A stretch of 63,270 nt of DNA, the filler included. It is 8 parts of 8 records of this genome, joined end to end, with 100 filler letters (N's around TTAATTAATTAA, not from the genome) between each part and the next. Parts side by side here need not be neighbours in the genome. Positions count along the whole stretch, not along the records: positions 34,952 to 50,275 come from SRR31156797_40532; positions 50,376 to 57,948 come from SRR31156797_40539; positions 58,049 to 63,270 come from SRR31156797_40549; 5 more parts are not named here. The stretch is one strand, 5' to 3'. The notes beneath the pieces are model-generated. The model did no database searches, was not told the DNA's origin, and was given only the letters and a program-made list of their open reading frames with translations. The translations under genes and the position numbers were made by a program. Of this stretch, positions 48,937 through 59,646 are shown piece by piece; within the stretch, counting starts at the first letter, position 1; each line of letters starts with the position of its first letter.

Positions 48937-49665
48937 CTAAGGGCCGAGTATTTTTTGCAGGAAAGTTTCCCCTTCTTCTGAACTGAACAGGGGTAAATCG
49001 CGGTCCGTAAAGATTTTTGTACGGGTACTTGTCGTCTTAACATTGAGGTGAGGATTAAAGCCATCAATTTCTGTTTCATCCCTGTAGACCATTATGCCGC
49101 GTCTTTGCCACGCGGGAACCTTTGCAATATTGATTCCTCTCTCAAAAAGAAGTTCGTGCATGTCTGAGGACTTCTTATCTTTAAGCAATGTAGCAGCATC
49201 CTTCTCAGTCATGCCTTCGGAAAGAAGAGTGTAGTATGCGTAGGAATTAATGCAGTTGCGCCACGCCTCAGCCTGTCTCCATATTAGGTATTCCCGTACG
49301 TCCTCATCGTGCATGGGGATTATCCTTGAATCAAAGGACACAGGTTCCTTCGGTCCAAGAGATATGGAAAATGCACTGCTGATGTATGAAGGTACAACCG
49401 AATCTATCTTTTCTACGCGTCCTTCAAAAGCGTTATCTCTGAAAAAAAAGCTGATCTCGTCAGAAAATGTATAAGCAAAAACGGGACTTAACCCGCTTTT
49501 CGTAAAAAAAGCTTCAATTGAATCAATGATGGCTAATGTGAATTTATCATCATAAGGTTTTTCAAATCCCATACGTGACAGTGCATTTTTAAATTTCCTG
49601 CCATCAATGCGCACGATCACAGGCGGTGTGCAACGCAGATCTGAATAGATCTCTCGCCTTTTCAT
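48937..49665 (-). CDS. thg1: tRNA(His) guanylyltransferase Thg1 family
   Basis: RIDGRKF, FSDEIS, FDSR, WRQAEAWRN. Confidence 0.93.
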   Translation of the reverse strand: MKRREIYSDLRCTPPVIVRIDGRKFKNALSRMGFEKPYDDKFTLAIIDSIEAFFTKSGLSPVFAYTFSDEISFFFRDNAFEGRVEKIDSVVPSYISSAFSISLGPKEPVSFDSRIIPMHDEDVREYLIWRQAEAWRNCINSYAYYTLLSEGMTEKDAATLLKDKKSSDMHELLFERGINIAKVPAWQRRGIMVYRDETEIDGFNPHLNVKTTSTRTKIFTDRDLPLFSSEEGETFLQKILGP

Positions 49666-49668
49666 GGA

Positions 49669-49938
49669 TCAGTCTTCTGCCATCTCTTTGTTGATTTTCC
49701 TGAACTTGTTTACGACATTTCTTATGAGCACAATATCACCAGTGGTGACAACCCATCTGTAAGGAATTATGATTCCTCTTGACGTTACATCAAAAAGATC
49801 CTTGTTAATGTCGGAAACCGCCAGTCCTCTGACTACTCTTTCGTCGACGTCTAACACTAGGTCAGCGACTTTCCCTACATATGTACCTGTATCGGTATAA
49901 ATATTCAGTCCGAAAAGTGAAGTTATGTCTGCACGCAT
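49669..49938 (-). CDS. PRC-barrel domain protein
   Basis: IYTDTGTYVGKVADLVLD...IIPYRWV...GDIVLI. Confidence 0.88.
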   Translation of the reverse strand: MRADITSLFGLNIYTDTGTYVGKVADLVLDVDERVVRGLAVSDINKDLFDVTSRGIIIPYRWVVTTGDIVLIRNVVNKFRKINKEMAED

Positions 49939-50027
49939 GGTATCCTTTCCCTCTTTTATTTTACTTATATATGAATATTTGTATGTAAGTCTTTATTTTC
50001 ACATGTAAATGGCTTCTTTTGGTCAGT

Positions 50028-50275
50028 TCATGAACGGATTTTTTCAATTCCTTCCTTTACTTTGGCAGCAGAACTCTGGAGAGCTTCCATTTCCTTTGTC
50101 GTGAGTTCAAGCTCCACTATCTCCTCAATGCCGTTTTTTCCAAGTTTTACAGGCACTCCCAGGCACATGTCCCGTAGTCCGTATTCCCCGTTAAGGAATG
50201 CTGAAGCAGGAACAATTTTTTTAGTGTCATTGAGGATTGCCTCAACCATTGCTACAATTGCCGCAGCAGGTGCAT
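50028..50275 (-). CDS. mdh: Malate dehydrogenase C-terminus (partial)
   Basis: APAAAIVAMVEAIL, LNGEYG, LGVPVKLGKNGIEEI. Confidence 0.85.
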
Positions 50276-50375
50276 NNNNNNNNNNNNNNNNNNNNNNNNN
50301 NNNNNNNNNNNNNNNNNNNTTAATTAATTAANNNNNNNNNNNNNNNNNNNNNNNNNNNNNNNNNNNNNNNNNNNN
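50276..50375. other. Artificial contig linker
   Basis: N run with TTAATTAATTAA. Confidence 0.98.
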
Positions 50376-50872
50376 GTCTGTTCTGGCTGTTGGTATTCTC
50401 GTTTTTGCTTGGTTTTTCCACGACGATCGCTGAACCGGCTTTGATCGCGGTATCGGCCGAGGCCGCGGAAATCGCCGCCGGCGGCGCCCTGATTCCATCG
50501 ACGGAGGAATCACAGGAAAGCTATGCGCTCGGATTACGGCTGGCTGTGGCAATTTCAGTGGGTTTCGCCATTCTCATCGGCGTTCTTCGAATTCTCCGAG
50601 GTTGGCCGATCCACTACGTGATCATTGGCGGGTATATCCTGGTCATGCTGATGACGCTGATCGCGCCCAAGGAAATTATCGGCATTGCTTACGATGCGGG
50701 TGGGGTGACGACTTCGACAGTCACCGTCCCGTTGGTGGCGGCGCTGGGAGTAGGGCTGGCCACCATTATCAAAGGACGCAACCCGCTATTGGATGGTTTC
50801 GGGCTTATCGCATTCGCATCCCTGGCACCCATGATATTCGTGATGGGCTACGGGCTTATCGTGTTCAACTGA
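50376..50872 (+). CDS. DUF1538 membrane protein (5' truncated)
   Basis: [33 protein letters not shown]. Confidence 0.9.
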
Positions 50873-50888
50873 GAACGGAAAGCGTCAA

Positions 50889-51677
50889 ATGGCAAATATT
50901 ATAGAATTCGGTTTGATACTACTTGGGACTATTCGCGACGTTCTGCCAATTCTCGCCCTGATCGTCTTCTTCCAGCTGCTGATTCTACGGCAGCCCATTC
51001 CGCACCTGAAGCGGCTCATTATCGGCGGCGTTTATGTGGTGCTTGGACTTTCGCTGTTTCTCATCGGTCTGGAAAAAGCCTTGTTTCCCCTCGGCAAGGT
51101 GATGGCCGCCCAGTTGTCCAACCCCACGTTTATGAAAAGCGGCGGAACGGCCGCCGCTGGCTGGAAGGCGTATGGATGGATTTACTTATTCGCGGCGTTA
51201 ATTGGTTTTTCAACGACAATAGCCGAACCCTCGCTTCTGGCGGTCGCCATCAAAGCCGGCGAGGTTTCAAGGGGCACTCTCCGTCCTTGGGGATTGCGGA
51301 TCACAGTGGCCATCGGTGTAGCCATAGGCATAGCGCTGGGCGCTTTTCGGATCGTTACAGGGACGCCGCTCTATCTCTATATTCTCGCGGGTTATGTCAT
51401 AGTGATCCTACAGACATTCACCACGTCAAAAAAGATGATACCACTAGCCTATGACTCCGGCGGCGTGACTACATCAACGGTTACGGTTCCCATAGTCACC
51501 GCTCTCGGCCTTGGATTGTCCGAGGCTGTTCCGGGACGTGATCCGGCTACCGATGGATTTGGGCTTATCGCCTTTGCGAGCCTTTTCCCCATCATCACAG
51601 TCATGGGGTACGCCCAAGTCACCGGTTGGATGATCGCCCGCAAAAGCAAAAAACGATCAAAAGGAGAAAGCCGATGA
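50889..51677 (+). CDS. DUF1538 membrane protein
   Basis: [31 protein letters not shown]. Confidence 0.9.
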   Translation: MANIIEFGLILLGTIRDVLPILALIVFFQLLILRQPIPHLKRLIIGGVYVVLGLSLFLIGLEKALFPLGKVMAAQLSNPTFMKSGGTAAAGWKAYGWIYLFAALIGFSTTIAEPSLLAVAIKAGEVSRGTLRPWGLRITVAIGVAIGIALGAFRIVTGTPLYLYILAGYVIVILQTFTTSKKMIPLAYDSGGVTTSTVTVPIVTALGLGLSEAVPGRDPATDGFGLIAFASLFPIITVMGYAQVTGWMIARKSKKRSKGESR

Positions 51678-52021
51678 GATTCAAAATCGTTTTCGCCCCG
51701 GTTAAAACCCACAAAACCGATGATGTCGTAGACGCGGCCAAGGCCTCCGGAGCGACAGGGGCGACCATCATACCTGCCCGAGGCACGGGAATACACGAGG
51801 CCAAGACCTTTTTCGGACTCACACTGGAAGACCAAACGGATATTATCATGTTTCTACTTGAGGAACACTTGGTGGAACCGGTTTTGACTGCAATTAAAAT
51901 AGCGGGTGAATTCAATAAACCCGGAACGGGCATCGCCTTCGTCCTCCCCGTGGAACAGGTGATCGGGTTAGAGAGTCAAATAGATAAGTTCAAGGAAGAT
52001 ATTAGAGACAAGTATTTATAA
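51674..52021 (+). CDS. P-II-like regulator
   Basis: GATGATIIPARGTG, GTGIAFVLPVE. Confidence 0.88.
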   Translation: MRFKIVFAPVKTHKTDDVVDAAKASGATGATIIPARGTGIHEAKTFFGLTLEDQTDIIMFLLEEHLVEPVLTAIKIAGEFNKPGTGIAFVLPVEQVIGLESQIDKFKEDIRDKYL

Positions 52022-52060
52022 TTTGAAGAAGGTGAACCGTTCACTGGAAGGAGATGGGCA

Positions 52061-52456
52061 ATGGCGAAGCAGGTGAACAGGGTTAAAGACGTGATGCAGC
52101 GAGAGATCTTAACCATAGACGGAATGGCGACAGCCAAAGAGGTCTCTGAAATGATGCGCGAAAACAGAGTGTCCGAGATTTTGGTTGCCAAAAGGAATGA
52201 AGATGATGCATGGGGTATAGTGACCATCATGGATTTGGTGGAAAAAATACTCATCCCGAACCGCGATTCCTCAACTGTATTCGTGTATGAAATGATGACC
52301 AAGCCGATAATAACAATACCGGCCGAAATGGATGTTCGGTATGCGATTCGGCTGATCCAACAGGTCGGCGTTCGCCGCGCCCCTGTCGAGCACCTTGGTG
52401 AAATCGTGGGGGTATTGACGCTTTCGAGCTTAATTCTGGACAACGATCTGCTTTAA
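52061..52456 (+). CDS. CBS-domain protein
   Basis: VKDVM, VYEMMTKPII, GVLTLS. Confidence 0.9.
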   Translation: MAKQVNRVKDVMQREILTIDGMATAKEVSEMMRENRVSEILVAKRNEDDAWGIVTIMDLVEKILIPNRDSSTVFVYEMMTKPIITIPAEMDVRYAIRLIQQVGVRRAPVEHLGEIVGVLTLSSLILDNDLL

Positions 52457-52635
52457 GATCATTGTTTCAAAATCCCTTGTATAATATCATTTAGTAATCG
52501 GAAAGAGTCCGACCTGAAACTGTCCAGATACTATTGTTCAGCCAAAAGATGAGGGAAGGCTTGGGTCAGGGTTTTTTGATGGGATGGTTAACAGAAAAAT
52601 GTCATGCCGTTAAAGGGTTAAAGGAAACTTAGAAA

Positions 52636-52800
52636 ATGAATCCAATTTTCACTGCAGCGATCGCCGGCGCAATGAATGGAAAAATGCGGGTTTACCAAAA
52701 ATGCAACTTAGAACAGTTAGTGTCTCAGGACAAGGATAGCCTGAACGTTAAATGCAGACGCTGTGGATTTGTAGTGCCTGCTCCAAGGAAAAAAGGGTGA
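52636..52800 (+). CDS. 54-aa Zn-ribbon-like small protein
   Basis: MNPIFTAAIAGAM...YQKC...CRRCG; RBS AAGGA. Confidence 0.45.
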   Translation: MNPIFTAAIAGAMNGKMRVYQKCNLEQLVSQDKDSLNVKCRRCGFVVPAPRKKG

Positions 52801-53110
52801 TGGCGGATTTTTTCGAAGTGAATTCATGCAGCTCCATCCAGCTACTTTTAGTTCATTTGCGACTAGGTTTCTAAGAAGTCTTTTCACACCGATTACCTTC
52901 TTGACAGCCGCTGTCGCCCCTTCTATGCATGATGAATCATTGGTGCAAATTTAGCCTTTTTCACGCACGTTGCGGGGTGCGGGCGCCGTATGATGCTTTT
53001 CTTCAGCCAGCTGGCCTTTTTAAATCCGTCGAGGGAGCGGAACATCCGGATCCTGCTCAAGTTCCTCGGGCTGCTCTTGGCCATATTTGGTTACGCAGAA
53101 TATGGCTGAG

Positions 53111-53136
53111 AATAAAGGCCTCCGAAGAGGCCCTTT
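53111..53136 (-). terminator. Intrinsic terminator with cUUCGg tetraloop
   Basis: GGCCTC-TTCG-GAGGCC-TTTATT on the minus strand just after the 53142 stop. Confidence 0.65.
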
Positions 53137-53141
53137 CAATG

Positions 53142-53336
53142 TCAGTTAAGGAAACCGGCGTACTGGATACCGCCTTCTGAAGAGCTATAGGAGAATTCGT
53201 TGGGGGACGCGTTGTGCTGGGCTGTGGCGGTCCATGAATCGTTATCGGCCGCGGTAATGGCCACGGTGACGTTGTCCTCGGGTGTGTACCACTCGGTTAA
53301 GGCAGCCGCATCGCCTGCATAGGAAGGCGTCTGTGC
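53142..53336 (-). pseudogene. Start-less gene 3' fragment, pilin-like C-terminus
   Basis: AQTPSYAGDAAALTEWYTPEDNVTVAITAADNDSWTATAQHNASPNEFSYSSSEGGIQYAGFLN*; in-frame stop upstream. Confidence 0.45.
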
Positions 53337-53421
53337 TCGCCTGACTTAAACTAGTTCCATTGAAATATCAAGTGAAGTGGTATGATTTGAATATAAGCTT
53401 TGATGGGAGACCATAAATCCT

Positions 53422-53814
53422 ATGTCAGGCAAGAAAAAGCTCCTATTAATCATTGAAGGTATCGTCAACCTCATATTAGGGGGACTGCTTCTTTGTTACC
53501 CCTTTGGATTAGCTGAATATCTTGGCGTTCCGCATACCGATTCATCTTTCTACCCAACTATTCTGGGGGGCGTTTTATTTGGAATCGGCATTGCGCTCTT
53601 GATCGAATGCTATGGACGTAAACGACAAATTGGGGGGCTCGGCATAGCCGGGGCGATTACGATTAACTTTGTTGGGGCTGGTGTTCTCACCGCCCATTTG
53701 ATTTTTTCATCGCTTGACCTGCCATTGCATGGATATATCCTCTTGTGGTCGATATCGGGTATTGTCTTCATAATCGGTATCGCCGAACTTCTAACAAAAA
53801 CCTGGAGATATTGA
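53422..53814 (+). CDS. Hypothetical 4-TM membrane protein
   Basis: FYPTILGGVLFGIGIAL; RBS GGGAG. Confidence 0.75.
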   Translation: MSGKKKLLLIIEGIVNLILGGLLLCYPFGLAEYLGVPHTDSSFYPTILGGVLFGIGIALLIECYGRKRQIGGLGIAGAITINFVGAGVLTAHLIFSSLDLPLHGYILLWSISGIVFIIGIAELLTKTWRY

Positions 53815-54523
53815 GTGCTTCTAACTGGTGAAATTAATTTCATTGAGCTAAATTCCATTCACATCGGCATCGGTGATGCCCAGATACCTGAGCTTCGAGA
53901 TGCAATAGATTTCTGATACAAACACAGATCATTCGAATTCAGCTCAGGCACAAAGTAACGATCAGTCATATTACCAGTTTACTGAAACTGTTTCGACTGG
54001 TTGAATACAACCCATTATGTTGTGATCCGCTAAATGAGAAATGACGCCTCCGCTGGAATAGGAAGCATTTTCATTCCTACTCGGTCAATAAGGCATTGGT
54101 CAGTGCATAAAGTGCGATACTTGCATGATTTTATAGATCTTGCAATGTTTAGCAGGTAGAACCATCATTTATACTTTCATTTCATGCCTGAGAAGACTTC
54201 TTTCATCTTCAATCAATTTGACCAGCTTTTTCTCCAGTTCCTTCATCTCCTTTAACATTTCCATGATTTCCCTTAATATCAATCTGCCCTGAGCCAGGCA
54301 GGGAATATAAAATACAACGACTTTCCAAATGCGTTTGCCCTGTTCGGACGCCCTGAGTGCGGTTTGTAGAAACAGTCGGTCGCTGATGTCGGGCCAAGGA
54401 TTGGGCAAAGGCGGCAATGTCTTTGACTTAATTCTATTTTTGGAATATAATTCATAAGATCGGCAGTATTAATATTATTCTTCTTATCCTCAAGACTTCG
54501 GATTTCAATCGTATAATTAGAAT

Positions 54524-57301
54524 GTGGAGGCCGATGTGACTGATAAAAACAATAAACCGCATCAGGAAATCGGCGGAAGCTTTAAGGGAAAGGGCGCGGA
54601 GGAATTGGCGGCGTCTCCTTTAAAAAGCATGGACATCAAAATGGCGGACATACTTAATTGCGCCATCTTCACGGGGATGACAGAAGAAGAATTCGGCCGG
54701 ATATCTCATTTTATAGAAGTATTGACAGTTCCCGCAGGTCGGGAATTTATCCGCCAGGACGTTACCGGCGATTGCTTTTATGTTCTGATCAGCGGGAGGG
54801 CCCTGGTATATCGGCGGGGAGATTATGGAGAGGAAGTTCTTCTTTCTCCGATAGAGCCGGGGGAATCCATTGGAGAAATGGGTTATTTCGCGGAAGGGAG
54901 GCGGATTGCCTCCGTCAAGGCCTTGGAGGAAACCAGGCTTCTGGTGATCAAGTATGACGATCTTGAATGTTTTTTTGAGTCAGCGCCTACACTGACCAGG
55001 AATTTTCTATCCCTGTTGACCGGCAGGCTGAGAAAAACAAACTACATGTTTCAGGAAGTCAGCCAGAAGCGGATGTCGGCGGAAAGATCACTGGAAACAT
55101 TGCGCCAGTTCCTGGACATGTCTGAACTTTCAACTCTGACCCAAGGCATAGAAGAGCTTATTGAAAGAGTTGTTATCACGGCCAGCAAAGTATTGGATGC
55201 GGACCGGGCCACCTTGTTTCTGGTTGACGACTTTACGGGCGAGTTATGGTCCAAGGTCGCCGAGGGAGTGAACCGGCGGGAGATAAGGATACCCATCGGC
55301 CAGGGCATTGCAGGCTGGGTTGCCGAGCATGATGAATTGGTGAATATCCCCGACGCCTATTCCGATCCTCGATTTGACGGTTCAGTGGATTTGAAAACCG
55401 GTTACAAGACCATCAACATTCTTTGCGGACCGGTGAAAAACCTCCAGGGCAAGACGGTTGGAGTAATTCAGGTAATAAATAAATCCAAGGGCAGTTTCAG
55501 TTCTCGGGATGAGTCGCTTTTCAAGGCCTTTTCTTACCAGACGGCGGTTACGGTTGAAAACTTCAGGCTATATCGCCGGCTTTTATTGAATCATGAAAAA
55601 ATGGCCATATTGCTGGATGTGGCCGCTTCGGTATCGGAGACTCTTGACCTGGACGCCCTGATAATAAAAATAGTCAACAAAACTTCCCAGATACTGGATG
55701 CGGAAAGAAGCTCCCTGTTTCTTTTGGACGAAGAAAACGGGGAATTATGGTCCAAAGTCGCCCAGGGTTCGGAATTGACGGAAATACGTTTTCCCCGATC
55801 CCTTGGGATAGCCGGGCATGTAGCCGATACCGGTGAAGTTCTGAATATTGTCGACGCTTATGAAGATGAGAGGTTCAATCCTTCCGTCGACCGGCAAACC
55901 GGATTTAAAACCAGGACCATATTAAGCCAGCCCCTTATAAACCGCGACGGCAAGATAATCGGCGTAACCCAGGCCATTAACAAGCGCGGCGGGCCTTTTG
56001 GTTCGGACGATGAAGATCTGTTGCGGGCTTTGTCCGCCCAGATATCGGTGGCGCTTGAAAACGCCCAGCTCCACAAGCGGGCGGTAACCATGAAAAACTA
56101 CCTGGCCTGTGTACAGGACAGTATCACCAACAGCATCATAACCCTGGATGACGGTTATGGAATTGTCATGGCCAACAAGGCCGCGGCTTCTCTTTTCGGA
56201 AACCGGGACGAAGATATGGTCGGCCTTGACTTCAGGGAAGTTATCGGCGCGGACAATCCGAACCTGGTAGGCATGATTGATTGGGTGCGGACGTTCCAGA
56301 GAGCCCTGGTGGATTTTGACGTGGAATTAAAAACCGTGGACGGCGGCAAGCATTCCGTGAACATTAACTTCCTTCCGCTTATCGATCCGAGCAACCAGCA
56401 CCAGGGCCTTGTTTTGGTTTTTGACGACATTACTCAGGAAAAGAGATTAAAAGGGACCTTGACCCGGTACATGTCCAAGGACATTGTTGACAGAATACTG
56501 GAGGACCCGGGTCAACAGGCCTTGGGCGGAGTCAGATCCAAAGCGAGCATTTTGTTTTCCGATATAAGGGGCTTCACCGGGATCGCGGAAGGTTTGACCG
56601 CTGAAGAGACGGTTGATTTTCTCAATGATTATTTCAGCAACATGGTTGACGTGGTTTTTGAAAACCAGGGCGTGCTGGACAAGTATATCGGCGACAGCAT
56701 CATGGCCGTATTCGGCGTGCCGTATCCCCAGGACGACGATGCGGTGAGGGCGGTTCGAACGGCCCTGGAAATGAGGTCCATACTCGCCGCCATAAACGCC
56801 CGTCGAAACGCGGCCGAGCTTGAACCCATAAGAATCGGAATCGGCGTGTGCACGGGGGATGTGATTTCGGGCAACATAGGTTCCGACAGGCGGATGGATT
56901 ATACCGTGATCGGGGACGGAGTTAATGTGGCTTCGCGCCTGGAGAGCCTGACCAAGAATTACAGGACGGATATACTTATAAGCGAATCCAGCATGATGGA
57001 ATTGGGCGACCGATTTACAACCCGGCTGATCGACAGGGTTTTATTCAAGGGTAAAAAGAAACCGGTGAACGTCTATGAATTATTGGGGCCGGCCAACCTT
57101 GAGTTATCGGCAGCGGAAACGTGCTTCACCTTCGGGTTGGAATTGTATTGGCAAAAAGAATTTGATTCGGCGATGAAATTCTTTGACAAGGGGGTGCAGG
57201 GAGATCCGCTATGCCAGGTATTTTTGGCCCGATGTAAATATTTACTGCGAAATCCGCCTCCGGACGACTGGGAGGGCGTGTGGATCAGTGAAGACAAATA
57301 A
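54524..57301 (+). CDS. Class III adenylate cyclase with cNMP-GAF-GAF-PAS architecture
   Basis: cNMP domain (GESIGEM..RIASV); two GAFs with NK..F...[35 protein letters not shown]. Confidence 0.93.
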   Translation: MEADVTDKNNKPHQEIGGSFKGKGAEELAASPLKSMDIKMADILNCAIFTGMTEEEFGRISHFIEVLTVPAGREFIRQDVTGDCFYVLISGRALVYRRGDYGEEVLLSPIEPGESIGEMGYFAEGRRIASVKALEETRLLVIKYDDLECFFESAPTLTRNFLSLLTGRLRKTNYMFQEVSQKRMSAERSLETLRQFLDMSELSTLTQGIEELIERVVITASKVLDADRATLFLVDDFTGELWSKVAEGVNRREIRIPIGQGIAGWVAEHDELVNIPDAYSDPRFDGSVDLKTGYKTINILCGPVKNLQGKTVGVIQVINKSKGSFSSRDESLFKAFSYQTAVTVENFRLYRRLLLNHEKMAILLDVAASVSETLDLDALIIKIVNKTSQILDAERSSLFLLDEENGELWSKVAQGSELTEIRFPRSLGIAGHVADTGEVLNIVDAYEDERFNPSVDRQTGFKTRTILSQPLINRDGKIIGVTQAINKRGGPFGSDDEDLLRALSAQISVALENAQLHKRAVTMKNYLACVQDSITNSIITLDDGYGIVMANKAAASLFGNRDEDMVGLDFREVIGADNPNLVGMIDWVRTFQRALVDFDVELKTVDGGKHSVNINFLPLIDPSNQHQGLVLVFDDITQEKRLKGTLTRYMSKDIVDRILEDPGQQALGGVRSKASILFSDIRGFTGIAEGLTAEETVDFLNDYFSNMVDVVFENQGVLDKYIGDSIMAVFGVPYPQDDDAVRAVRTALEMRSILAAINARRNAAELEPIRIGIGVCTGDVISGNIGSDRRMDYTVIGDGVNVASRLESLTKNYRTDILISESSMMELGDRFTTRLIDRVLFKGKKKPVNVYELLGPANLELSAAETCFTFGLELYWQKEFDSAMKFFDKGVQGDPLCQVFLARCKYLLRNPPPDDWEGVWISEDK

Positions 57302-57318
57302 GTGGAAAAGAGCCCCAT

Positions 57319-57702
57319 TCATAATTCAATGGAATTTCTTTTAATAAATTCCTTAAGCCGCTTCTTGTCGAAACGGCCAAGGAATTTGAACTGCACGCCT
57401 TGTCGCTGAAACCAGACCTCGTCCTGCGGTATAAAGCCTTTAACCGGGTTGAAGGGCATATTTTCCATCACCAGGTCATCATCGGAATATAGACTCAGGT
57501 TTTCCAGTTTTTCAAGGTCGGCCTTGCCGCCTTCATAGAAAAACGCCAATCCTCCCAGGCTGATATCGATTATCTGTAGTCTTTCTCCGGCCAGAGTTCT
57601 TCTCCCTAAAACTACACAAGCGCCGTCCGAGGCAATGTATCTTTTATGTTTTCGCTTATTTTTTTGGAAAAAGCTGAACAGTTTATTTTTCAGGAAAGGC
57701 AT
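57319..57702 (-). CDS. PilZ domain protein
   Basis: RKHKR and DISLGG motifs; RBS GGAGG before 57702. Confidence 0.85.
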   Translation of the reverse strand: MPFLKNKLFSFFQKNKRKHKRYIASDGACVVLGRRTLAGERLQIIDISLGGLAFFYEGGKADLEKLENLSLYSDDDLVMENMPFNPVKGFIPQDEVWFQRQGVQFKFLGRFDKKRLKEFIKRNSIEL

Positions 57703-57948
57703 GATTTGCACCTCCCGGGGAAACATTAATTCCCGCCGTTCAAGCCCAATCGGATAGAATGACCTGATAAGACAACAGGGGGGCGCTATGACATCCAATT
57801 TACGGAAAATAATCTATTTGGCGGTGGAAATTAGAAAATCGCCTATTTTTGAAATACGGAATCGACCAGGATCAAGGGAATAACATTCGGCGCATAAAAA
57901 GTTAATGAAGCTCCCCAAAGTAAGCTGCGGGGTATCAAATCCGCTTCA

Positions 57949-58048
57949 NNNNNNNNNNNNNNNNNNNNNNNNNNNNNNNNNNNNNNNNNNNNTTAATTAA
58001 TTAANNNNNNNNNNNNNNNNNNNNNNNNNNNNNNNNNNNNNNNNNNNN
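57949..58048. other. Artificial contig linker
   Basis: N run with TTAATTAATTAA. Confidence 0.98.
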
Positions 58049-58166
58049 AGAAAGATCAGCATTGAAGAAGTGAAAGCGATCATAGTTAAAGAAGCGATTT
58101 CTATAGGCACTGAGCGCTGAGCGCTGGTAGGTCAGATATATCTTTCCTAAAAGCAAAATAAACCAT

Positions 58167-58290
58167 GTCATCCCGGAAAGATCAGTAGGATCTTATCCGG
58201 GATCTTTCTTATTCGATTTGTTCATATGTGTGAGGATTGTAATTATTTAGATCCGGGATAAAATTGTATTAACAATTTTTCCGGGATGAC
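58167..58290. repeat. REP-like inverted element (GTCATCCCGG...CCGGGATGAC)
   Basis: Terminal GTCATCCCGGAAA / TTTCCGGGATGAC with internal ATCCGGGAT hairpin arms. Confidence 0.7.
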
Positions 58291-58446
58291 GTTTCTCGTT
58301 TTTGATATTGGGAATTTAAATCTTCGTTTATAACAATAATTTTCAATGAACGAAGTATATTTGCATTAAAAAATAATACCTTTTGAAGCAATTATTTCGT
58401 AATCTACATAGGAAGTATTTACAAGACTAATCATGAAGGAGCACAA

Positions 58447-59622
58447 GTGAAAACCGCTTTTGCCGGACAACACGAAAGAGCTGACCGTTCGGACTGTATG
58501 GTGACCTTATCCCTAAAGAATAACGGGGGACGGGTGGTCACGGTGAACAGCAAGGTCAAGCTGTTATTTGAAAAGGCCATCCGTGAGACTATCACGAATG
58601 TGCTGAACGCTTATTCCATTGAACATGCCGAGCTTATAATCGACGATAACGGTGCGCCCGATTATGTGATCACCGCCCGGCTTGAAGCATGTATCAAAAA
58701 ACTAATAAAGACGGACGTAAATTATCTTCCCGACATGCTCAAGCAGAATACGGGAGGTACAGCTAAGGAACGTATGCGCCGTTCACGTTTGTATTTACCG
58801 GGCAATACGCCGAAGCTGGCTTTGAATGCCGGTCTTCACGGCGGTGACGGGATCATTCTGGATCTTGAAGATTCCGTAGCGCCCAATCGAAAAGACGAAG
58901 CTCGTATTCTGGTTCGCAATTCTTTGCGAACCGTTGATTTTTACGGTGGTGAGCGCATGGTTCGCATTAACCAAGGTGAACGTGGATTGAAAGATCTGGA
59001 TGCTGTGATCCCACACCATGCGAATTTGATCTTATTGCCAAAATGTGAGACTGCAGAGCAATTGCTTGAAGTTGATAAACGAATTCAAGATCTTCGCAGC
59101 GAACACAAAATTGAACACGAAGTCTGGATCATGCCCATTATCGAATCCGCTCTTGGTGTGATCAAAGCATATGATATAGCTACCGCATCCCGGAATGTGG
59201 TTGCACTGGCCATTGGACTTGAAGATTATACCGCAGACATCGGTGCTCCGCGAACAGCTGAGGGCAAGGAGAGTTTCTTTGCGCGCAGTATGCTGGTGAA
59301 TGCCGCCAAAGCTGCGGGCATTCAGGCCATTGATTCGGTTTTCTCAGACGTTTCCGATATGGACGCTCTTCGCAAGAATGTATTGGCTTCAAAAGCCTTG
59401 GGGTTTGACGGCATGGGATGTATTCATCCCCGCCAGATAAGGGTGATCCATGATGCTTTTGCTCCAAGTGAAAAAGAGATCGAAAAAGCAAGCAAGATAG
59501 TGGAAGCATTTAAGGAAGCCGAAGCGAAAGGGCTTGGTGTGGTTGCCGTCGGTTCCAAGATGATCGATCCGCCGGTGGTAAAACGAGCATTACGTATTAT
59601 GGAACTTGCCACTAAACAATAA
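58447..59622 (+). CDS. citE: CitD(ACP)-CitE fusion (citryl-CoA lyase-like)
   Basis: N-terminal about 85 aa CitD-like (SKV..LF..AI, DDNGA.DYVI.ARLE); RRSRLYLPGN, DLEDSVAP, IESALG, IHPRQ, MIDPPV. Confidence 0.88.
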   Translation: MKTAFAGQHERADRSDCMVTLSLKNNGGRVVTVNSKVKLLFEKAIRETITNVLNAYSIEHAELIIDDNGAPDYVITARLEACIKKLIKTDVNYLPDMLKQNTGGTAKERMRRSRLYLPGNTPKLALNAGLHGGDGIILDLEDSVAPNRKDEARILVRNSLRTVDFYGGERMVRINQGERGLKDLDAVIPHHANLILLPKCETAEQLLEVDKRIQDLRSEHKIEHEVWIMPIIESALGVIKAYDIATASRNVVALAIGLEDYTADIGAPRTAEGKESFFARSMLVNAAKAAGIQAIDSVFSDVSDMDALRKNVLASKALGFDGMGCIHPRQIRVIHDAFAPSEKEIEKASKIVEAFKEAEAKGLGVVAVGSKMIDPPVVKRALRIMELATKQ

Positions 59623-59646
59623 ATATCTCAACAGGAGATCACATAA

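Noticed and set aside
48937-49665. Possible pyrrolysine in Thg1, as in Methanosarcina acetivorans
   Set aside because: The ORF is open with no in-frame TAG; the WRQAEAWRN tryptophans are TGG.
54169-54417. 82-aa minus-strand ORF upstream of the cyclase
   Set aside because: No convincing start, RBS or motif; probably a fragment.
57904-57948. CCCC..AG.AAGCTGCGGGG palindrome at the contig end
   Set aside because: Looks like a dispersed repeat or IS end but is truncated and has no transposase; cannot be supported.
5520-58048. Apparent bacterial-archaeal mosaic and recurring TTAATTAATTAA repeat
   Set aside because: All seven junctions are identical artificial 100-nt linkers; adjacency across them has no biological meaning.
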